Shown: positions 57,961 through 64,000 of the stretch, one piece after another
Layout: the number at the start of each line of letters is the position of its first letter
Numbering within the stretch: position 1 is the stretch's first letter
IMG/VR virus record: IMGVR_UViG_3300042691_037870
Span: 62,448 to 126,447 of that record
DNA: 64,000 nucleotides
Strand: one strand, 5' to 3'
DNA from: a virus
Notes under the pieces: generated by a model
The model's input: only the letters and a program-made list of their open reading frames with translations
The model's database searches: none
What the model was told of the DNA's origin: nothing
Made by a program: the position numbers and the translations under genes

Positions 57961-58683
57961 TTAGATTTTAGTTCCGCAACTTGGACAAAATTTCCAAGTT
58001 GCCTTTTTAGCGCGAGTTCCGCAGTTTGTACAATAATTACGGATCTCGCTTACTTCAACAGGTTTAGCTGAAACAGGAAGAATCTTTAACTTACGAGTCT
58101 CAAATGCCCATGAATTAAATTGATCATTAGAAAAACTTAATGACTGTCCTGTTTCTTTTCCACCCTCTATCATCCCTGTTTCAATTGACTCACAAGCATT
58201 TGTTGAAAAAGAAACTTGTGAAGAGTCAGCAATATGAGAAGATATCGTTGAGGAATAAAAATTGGTAGTTGGCGAATTAAAGTAAGTGTATGTTTGACCG
58301 TTCCACCAATTTCCACCTGTATTAGATAATGTGTTAAACATTTGTTGTGAGTAGTATTCTACTTCAACATCACCATTTAATGCAATAGCTGCTTTAGATT
58401 CAGCAGTGTTGTCAACATCGTATGTGGAAAAGATAAAGCTTTCATCTTTATCAAGAAATCTTTCTAAAAATACTCGTTGACCTGGATTAAGAATTAATCC
58501 GCTAGAAGAAATGTAATAGCCATTAAGTTTAATTTTGGCTAACACTTTGTAAGTGTGAGGATTGTGTAATTCAATTTCGAACTTTTGTCCGTCTTTTAAA
58601 TACACAATTGAACCGTATGTTTTTACGCGATTACGGTTAGTTGTGATGTTTAAATCACAAGTCTTTGAAGTTATAATATTCAT
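57961..58683 (-). CDS. Hypothetical protein with Ig-like N-terminus and C-terminal zinc ribbon
   Basis: CTNCG...CPSCG zinc ribbon. Confidence 0.75.
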   Translation of the reverse strand: MNIITSKTCDLNITTNRNRVKTYGSIVYLKDGQKFEIELHNPHTYKVLAKIKLNGYYISSSGLILNPGQRVFLERFLDKDESFIFSTYDVDNTAESKAAIALNGDVEVEYYSQQMFNTLSNTGGNWWNGQTYTYFNSPTTNFYSSTISSHIADSSQVSFSTNACESIETGMIEGGKETGQSLSFSNDQFNSWAFETRKLKILPVSAKPVEVSEIRNYCTNCGTRAKKATWKFCPSCGTKI

Positions 58684-58691
58684 AATGTCTG

Positions 58692-58786
58692 TCTGGTTGT
58701 TTTTTGTTTATACTTACTTCTTCATATCCGTTTAAGATATTCCAGGGCTATTACACCCGAAGCAAGCCTAAGTTTGGCTCCCCAGA
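58692..58786 (-). promoter_or_regulatory. Candidate structured 5' leader RNA
   Basis: Nested helices TCTGG/CCAGA, GAGCC/GGCTT, CTTC/GAAG, GGGT/GCCC and TATC/GATA in a GC-enriched UTR. Confidence 0.5.
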
Positions 58787-58813
58787 TTTGTTTATATATT
58801 CATCAAATAATAT

Positions 58814-59299
58814 TTAGTTCTTAACAAGAAGCATACTAAATGTTTTTCTTCCTTGCTCATTTGTCTGTATAGAACATCCTACAAGATTTGCATCTGATCT
58901 AATTACCATATAATGACTAGGGCTGTTAATTAAAGCATTAAGCATACTTTGCGGAGTGTAATAGTTGTATCCTACGCATTCACCTACTCTTGAAGCATTA
59001 AGAATGCATTGTATGTTATCAAATCTATCCTGAAACCCTGAATGATTATATGTATTATTTTCTATCATCCATCTTGTATGACGAAAGCATACACTACCAA
59101 TGTGATTATTTGGTATTACATGTGATAAATTATTTTGTATTCGATACGTATTCAATAACATCATTAATTCATACTCTTCTGCAGAATAAGGATGATATAG
59201 TAGGTTATATGTAGAACAATCAGGTTCTGTTCTTTCGGGTTCACTACAAGATAAAAAAAGACTAATCATAACAAAAAATGTATAGATTAGTCTTTTCAT
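58814..59299 (-). CDS. CAP (SCP-like) domain lipoprotein
   Basis: LFLSC lipobox; N.YR, H...M, H, GE and SPSH motifs. Confidence 0.8.
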   Translation of the reverse strand: MKRLIYTFFVMISLFLSCSEPERTEPDCSTYNLLYHPYSAEEYELMMLLNTYRIQNNLSHVIPNNHIGSVCFRHTRWMIENNTYNHSGFQDRFDNIQCILNASRVGECVGYNYYTPQSMLNALINSPSHYMVIRSDANLVGCSIQTNEQGRKTFSMLLVKN

Positions 59300-59326
59300 T
59301 ATTTAAAGGATTTTGTTTATATATTT

Positions 59327-59533
59327 CTAAACATCTTCCCAATTTGCTTCTTGAACAGTTTCACAAAAAACAAAGATTCCATCTTTCTTGAGAACTTTAT
59401 CAGCACCTAAGAAATCTTTCCAGGCATTAAATAACTCTCCTTTAAGAGAGCCATCACGATTACTTAAGGTGCTGACTTTTATCTCACGGAGAATAACATA
59501 AAACTCTCCTCCGTATTGAAAAAGCTGTTTCAT
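59327..59533 (-). CDS. Small hypothetical protein coupled to rsr
   Basis: 68 aa; ATG overlaps the rsr stop. Confidence 0.7.
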   Translation of the reverse strand: MKQLFQYGGEFYVILREIKVSTLSNRDGSLKGELFNAWKDFLGADKVLKKDGIFVFCETVQEANWEDV

Positions 59534-61161
59534 TATTGCTTGTTAGGTTTTTCAACTTCATTCCAAACATCAATGATTGCTTTTGCAAACACCGGTTCTT
59601 TTCCGGTCCAGCCTGTTAACATTGCACCACGGTACAAGTTTTCTGGTAGAACTGTGTTATTGTATCCTGCAACTTGTACAGAGAACACGTTAACTTTAGG
59701 GTTAACTTTTTTACGGTATTCTTCAACAAGTTTGTAAACATCAATGTAAGAACCTCCACCTCCAAAGATATAATCTTGGTAATCACGAGAGTTAGTACCG
59801 TAAAGGCCACCGTGACCCGCTTGTTGGTCAGAATAAATGAATACTGTATCCCAGTGTTCTTTATTCTTAATTGCTTTATCCCAGAATAACCAAATACCAT
59901 TTTCTGTTCCACCACCAATTCCATTACCTTCAGTATTTGATTCTTTTAGTTGAGTTAACAACCCGTTTCTTTTGGAAACCGCACGCGTTTTAAGTCTATC
60001 ACCAAATACACCTACATAACCTTCTTCAGAGCTCAAACCAGTGATAAGAGCTGATAAGTTAGCAATTTCAGCAACAGTTACTGAACCATATTCAGAGTTA
60101 AATGCACCCCAAGCAGAACCTGAGTTATCACAAAGACTCATAACTTTACCTTCAAGTTTTGGCATATTTGCAACCGCAATATCCATACATTCTTCAAGAG
60201 CATCAAGAATCATTTGTGAGTGGTTAACACTTGCGCTTTTTACAGCTTTAAATGCAGACCAATAACGGAATGGAAATTGTTTTCCACCAGGTACACCTGC
60301 TTTAAGTTGCTCAAGAACTTTTGCAGCTACTGCTTTATCGTCAATCTCTGTAAAGATACCACGAAGATTTCTTAAAAGAGCCATGTGTGGGATACGAATT
60401 GTTTCAAGGATTTCAGCCCAAGACTTTCCTTGAGATCTTAAAGATTCCCAAGTTTGCTCAGAATCGTTTACCACAAGAGTACCTGTTTTCATTAACTCGT
60501 TAATATCTTCATTACTTGCGTGTGAAATACGAACTAAGTCAATAAGACTTTTGCCTTTATATTTGTTTAACTGATATCTTGAGAAAGATTCAAGAGTTTC
60601 TGCCCAAGTTCTTTTAAGGATTGATGGCAAACCTTTTTTAGAACCTTTTAAGAATGCGTAATAATCAAATTGATTTGTTACATCATCAGGACGGTTTGCA
60701 ATCGCTTTACCAATAGCCTTCATATAACCAGGATTAGCTTCGTTAAAAGCAATACGGTTTGGGTGTTGAGAAGCTCTAACATAGATCACGGCTGGGTTTA
60801 ATCTCATAAAGTATTCTTTACGTAATTCAACAGCAAGATCTAATGTAGCTTTAAAATCATACTCAAGAGCAGAATCAATTGCAGCAGTAAATACATCAGC
60901 CGCTGATCTTTTATCTTTTATAAGATCTTTAAAGATACTGTAAGTTAATAAGTCAGAGTGGTTACGAATACTTGCTGGAGATTCAATACCATCACGGTAA
61001 TACTGAGGCTCACCGAAGATAGAACTTGCAGCAATCATTTTTAAAGTTGCAAGAGGTGAAAGTGTAAAACTTGTACCACCCATAAAGTTTTCAACAGATG
61101 TTGAATAAACTTCGTTTCTTGTTGTAGTTTCTTTTGTTGCGTACTTTGATAATCTACTCAT
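59533..61161 (-). CDS. rsr: Ro60/Rsr (TROVE + vWA) RNA-binding protein
   Basis: FGEPQYY, RPDD, YQLNKY, MALLRNLR and PFRY TROVE motifs; DNSGS MIDAS, GGT and SD.Q vWA motifs. Confidence 0.93.
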   Translation of the reverse strand: MSRLSKYATKETTTRNEVYSTSVENFMGGTSFTLSPLATLKMIAASSIFGEPQYYRDGIESPASIRNHSDLLTYSIFKDLIKDKRSAADVFTAAIDSALEYDFKATLDLAVELRKEYFMRLNPAVIYVRASQHPNRIAFNEANPGYMKAIGKAIANRPDDVTNQFDYYAFLKGSKKGLPSILKRTWAETLESFSRYQLNKYKGKSLIDLVRISHASNEDINELMKTGTLVVNDSEQTWESLRSQGKSWAEILETIRIPHMALLRNLRGIFTEIDDKAVAAKVLEQLKAGVPGGKQFPFRYWSAFKAVKSASVNHSQMILDALEECMDIAVANMPKLEGKVMSLCDNSGSAWGAFNSEYGSVTVAEIANLSALITGLSSEEGYVGVFGDRLKTRAVSKRNGLLTQLKESNTEGNGIGGGTENGIWLFWDKAIKNKEHWDTVFIYSDQQAGHGGLYGTNSRDYQDYIFGGGGSYIDVYKLVEEYRKKVNPKVNVFSVQVAGYNNTVLPENLYRGAMLTGWTGKEPVFAKAIIDVWNEVEKPNKQ

Positions 61162-61199
61162 GTTAATAGTTTTTGTGTGTTATATTTTTATTTGTATTG

Positions 61200-61254
61200 C
61201 AAATTTATTAATCTTTTATCACAGTAGCAAATTTTGTTAACGTGTGTTATTAAC
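61200..61254 (-). promoter_or_regulatory. Class I promoter of rsr (consensus Bacteroidota -33/-7)
   Basis: TTTG-N20-TAAATTTG plus GTTAATAAC box at the fixed gap. Confidence 0.85.
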
Positions 61255-61286
61255 AAAAAATGCTTCGCGAAATTAATCACGAAGCA
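61255..61286 (-). terminator. Terminator ending the Y-RNA array
   Basis: TGCTTCG/CGAAGCA stem plus U6. Confidence 0.8.
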
Positions 61287-61322
61287 GTCATATATAGACA
61301 GCATATTAATGCTGGTATGTTT

Positions 61323-61405
61323 AATATGACCGAGAATATTGAAAAGGTGTGTTGTTTGAATTTTCCTTAAAATTGATGTAACACCCAATCCCGCTTCGGA
61401 ATATT
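61323..61405 (-). ncRNA. Y-RNA-like ncRNA B (short, about 83 nt)
   Basis: Terminal stem AATATTCCGAAG...TTCTCGGTCATATT, inner GGTGT/ACACC helix, GTTACATCA motif; next to rsr. Confidence 0.75.
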
Positions 61406-61414
61406 TTATAAGTT

Positions 61415-61658
61415 TTGTCGTACCTGAGAATTTCTCATTAGAGGATTGCAAATTACGTTTGCGATTCGACCCTGTTATTAAGCGGGTAGCCGATCTACTA
61501 AAATCTATCAAAGATAGCCCGTCCTGTTTGTAGAAGTAAAAGACGGTAAGATTCTTTAAATGTTTAAGGTTTTACGCTTAACGTCATATTAAAGAAATTG
61601 GCTGCTCTAATTATCAATGTATTTGAAGTAACCCTAACAACCGCTTCAAGCGTGACAA
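61415..61658 (-). ncRNA. Y-RNA-like ncRNA A (long, about 244 nt)
   Basis: TTGTCACGCTTGAAGCGG...TTCTCAGGTACGACAA terminal stem, GGTTACTTCA motif, multi-hairpin interior. Confidence 0.75.
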
Positions 61659-61676
61659 TGTATTGTAAGAACGTAA

Positions 61677-61739
61677 AAACGAAATCCAACTTTATTCTTC
61701 CATTTTTGGATGTAATCAAGTTATACAACTATTTCGTTT
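61677..61739 (-). ncRNA. Possible third, divergent Y-like unit C
   Basis: 9-bp AAACGAAAT/ATTTCGTTT stem, AACTT/AAGTT helix, GATTACATC motif, TCCA/TGGA hairpin. Confidence 0.45.
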
Positions 61740-61776
61740 ATGCTGGTTGTGCAGCTGTTTAAATTAAATTCGGATT

Positions 61777-61802
61777 ATATATACATGCTTAAACTTATAG
61801 TT
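61777..61802 (-). promoter_or_regulatory. Class II-like promoter upstream of the Y-RNA array
   Basis: AACT-N17-TATAT; also resembles the late octamer. Confidence 0.5.
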
Positions 61803-61850
61803 TTTGCATTTTTGCACTTTTTTAAGACTTTTTTCATATTGTTAATAAAG

Positions 61851-63020
61851 TTATTGCTTAAATCCTGTTCTGTAGATGTAAAAATTTGTAGATCCATTAT
61901 TTGCTGGTGAACTAATTGTGAGTAATGAAGTCCCAGGAATAGTATTTCGGAGATCAGTTGTACTTGATAATATTGTTGAATGTTGGGCAGGAGTCATAAT
62001 TCTGTAGTTAGGTGTATATGGCCAAGCAGCGAATCTACCGTTCATTTTTGAATATGTAGTAAAAATATCTGAAACGGATACTTGAGTGTTTTGGTTTACG
62101 TCAAATAAGTAATATGTTTTTGATGAAAATGGATTTTGATTAAGAATAAAAGAAGTCATTGATGATATATCAGACTGTGTAGGGTTTCCTACTGATAAAT
62201 CTCCAATTCTTAATTCAAATTGAAAAGACTGAACATCTAATCCAGAATTTATAACATATCTTCCTGTTGTATCTGTTATATGTGTTGATTTTAACGAAAA
62301 AGAGGTTTCAGCGGATGCTGGTATAAATCTTACTGAATAGTTAGTAACAGACCATAAAGAAGCATTTTTCCCACCTACCGGTACTACGTTTGTATTATCA
62401 ATGTTTACCAAACCTGCTGTTGCATTATTTACTCCACATAATGGTTTGGCTGCATAGTTAATATCAATAATGTTGGTAGTTTCATTAAGTATTATTTGAA
62501 ATGTAAATAAAGTAGTTCTACATCCATAATGAGGTACTGCATTAAAAGAAACAATCAGCTGTCTATTAGGTGCTAAACCTGTTGTTCTATAATAAATGTT
62601 TGCTGCGCCTGGAAATAAGTCTTCCCAATCTGCCATAATTACATTTCTTGGTGAACCCGCATTTGGTATAAATTGTGCAGTGTAACCTGTTGTTTGTCCA
62701 GGAGAAAATCCAATCCAACCATTGGATCCTATATAAAATTGTGTATAGTTATTACCAAAAAAATTAAATGTAAAACCAATGTTAAACGGGCCGTGTGTAA
62801 CATCATCAGAAGAAGGCACAACCGTTCCTGTGTTAAACGATAATCCGCTTGGATATGTAGGAAATGTTATTGCATACGGATCTGTTCTTCTACCAAAAAG
62901 ATTAACGGGTATGTTAGCTATGCCAGTCCCATTTGAATCATAAACAAACCCTGAATGTTTAAACTCTTGTGAGTATAAACATGTGGATAACAGCAAAAAG
63001 ATAAGTATAATTTTTTTCAT
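61851..63020 (-). CDS. Secreted protein with nidogen-like and dockerin-like segments
   Basis: Signal peptide ending in YSQ; DD....IGFTFNFFG..Y...YIGSNGWI.F; DVNQNTQVSVSD Ca-loop. Confidence 0.7.
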   Translation of the reverse strand: MKKIILIFLLLSTCLYSQEFKHSGFVYDSNGTGIANIPVNLFGRRTDPYAITFPTYPSGLSFNTGTVVPSSDDVTHGPFNIGFTFNFFGNNYTQFYIGSNGWIGFSPGQTTGYTAQFIPNAGSPRNVIMADWEDLFPGAANIYYRTTGLAPNRQLIVSFNAVPHYGCRTTLFTFQIILNETTNIIDINYAAKPLCGVNNATAGLVNIDNTNVVPVGGKNASLWSVTNYSVRFIPASAETSFSLKSTHITDTTGRYVINSGLDVQSFQFELRIGDLSVGNPTQSDISSMTSFILNQNPFSSKTYYLFDVNQNTQVSVSDIFTTYSKMNGRFAAWPYTPNYRIMTPAQHSTILSSTTDLRNTIPGTSLLTISSPANNGSTNFYIYRTGFKQ

Positions 63021-63463
63021 TACATTTTAGATACTGCATTTTCAATAGACATCTTTAAAGCACCCGCAAATGATGTCTTATTAAACGGTAGATTTTCATC
63101 GTTAAGATCAATGAATGTAGCACTTACTGAAGTTTTGGTAGTACCTTCTCCAATAAATTCTTCACCGTCTTTAGTTATTTTAACCGTTACTGCTGTTTCT
63201 TTACTCTTTTTCATAAAAGGACCGATTGAAACTCCAACAGATGGTGCCTCAACACTTACAACTTCAACAGTAACAGGTCGCCCATCATTACAAATATCAT
63301 ATTCTTCTGATAGCACTTCTTCAGTAATTTGCTTAATTCCAAATAAAACTCTTTCGGTTTTCATTTCAGGAACATCAACACTGGACTTAACCTCAGTTAC
63401 TTTATAACAAGGTTTAAATGAGGTTAACATAAAAAATGCAATTACTATGATTATCTTTTTCAT
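63020..63463 (-). CDS. Secreted hypothetical protein
   Basis: MKKIIIVIAFFML signal peptide. Confidence 0.7.
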   Translation of the reverse strand: MKKIIIVIAFFMLTSFKPCYKVTEVKSSVDVPEMKTERVLFGIKQITEEVLSEEYDICNDGRPVTVEVVSVEAPSVGVSIGPFMKKSKETAVTVKITKDGEEFIGEGTTKTSVSATFIDLNDENLPFNKTSFAGALKMSIENAVSKM

Positions 63464-63464
63464 A

Positions 63465-64000
63465 TTAAAAAATTATTTTCCCACCTGTCATTACTTGATA
63501 GTTTAACATATTTTTGTTCATTTCATAAACTCCTGAAAAACTAACATTTAATTTAAAGGTTTTTGTAATTGAATAATCCCAAGTACTATAAGGTACAAGA
63601 AGAGTACTACTATCCCACCAACGACCATCAAAAAATTGCGTAAATGGTGAATAGACAGCAATCATTAATGTTGAGCCTGATAGTTTCTTAGTTATTTTGT
63701 ATGAATAAAATCCACCACCCATTAATGAAGCATTCGCAAATCGTGTTTCTCCGTAATTGCCAGCTGTTAAGTTTAAACCTAACATAGTGGTAAGTTTTTT
63801 CCAATTACCTCTATATCTTTTAGATAGTACAAATGTAGATGTATTAAAAAAATCTTTTTCAAAATTCATCATTGAAGAATTTGCTGCAATCGCAGTTAAC
63901 TTGCTTTTCTTAAACACCCAAGCTTTATAGAACGTAACGTTTGTATTATTTATTCCTGTAGTATAGTTTGCAAGAACACCTTTGATTCTAGTATTATTTG
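63465..64000 (-). CDS. Outer-membrane beta-barrel-like protein, start lies beyond the window
   Basis: Frame is open to the window end; alternating beta-strand pattern; C-terminal Phe. Confidence 0.6.
   Translation of the reverse strand, partial: NNTRIKGVLANYTTGINNTNVTFYKAWVFKKSKLTAIAANSSMMNFEKDFFNTSTFVLSKRYRGNWKKLTTMLGLNLTAGNYGETRFANASLMGGGFYSYKITKKLSGSTLMIAVYSPFTQFFDGRWWDSSTLLVPYSTWDYSITKTFKLNVSFSGVYEMNKNMLNYQVMTGGKIIF

Noticed and set aside
61323-61405. Hammerhead ribozyme suggested by TGATG and GAAA on the plus strand
   Set aside because: No CUGAnGA core with correctly ordered stems; the minus-strand Y-like fold explains the sequence better
61188-61511. 107-aa minus-strand ORF in the track
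   Set aside because: It overlaps the Y-like RNAs, a terminator and the rsr promoter, has a non-ATG start and no recognisable motifs, so it is probably spurious
1903-63407. Numerous short plus-strand and nested alternate-frame ORFs in the track
   Set aside because: They are shadows of long minus-strand genes; only 19350-19538 has independent support
1-64000. Stop-codon reassignment as in some Bacteroidota phages
   Set aside because: Genes are full length and densely packed in code 11, and TAG ends genes (e.g. 22001, 28612)

Overview
A 64 kb, AT-rich segment of a large T4-like (jumbo-type) myophage genome, with almost all genes on the minus strand in the standard genetic code. The host is most likely Bacteroidota, based on TTTG-N20-TAnnTTTG promoters, a DUF4494-like gene and Bacteroidota-style signal peptides. 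Bases 1-19.3 kb are a baseplate/neck module (gp7/gp6/gp25/gp13/gp5/gp27/gp53/gp48-like) with an embedded amidoligase and a ribosomal protein bS1 homolog. Bases 19.3-31.7 kb hold small accessory genes, two PD-(D/E)xK-like nucleases and a lytic transglycosylase. Bases 31.8-42.3 kb are an amino-sugar/glycosyltransferase island. Bases 44.5-53.5 kb are a cytosine hypermodification operon: dCMP hydroxymethylase-like, dNMP kinase, atypical C5-MTase, two BGT-like and two GT-A transferases, and HAD/NTP-transferase/kinase genes. Bases 57.5-61.8 kb are an RNA locus: a Ro60/Rsr gene preceded by a tandem array of 2-3 Y-RNA-like ncRNAs (one with a large non-tRNA domain), a tRNA-like RNA with a 40+ nt anticodon insertion directly after a stop codon, and a structured leader. 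Three promoter classes can be read from the intergenic DNA. Seven proteins, including enzymes, share a T4 capsid-targeting-like N-terminus. All family calls come from motif recognition by eye; no database searches were run.
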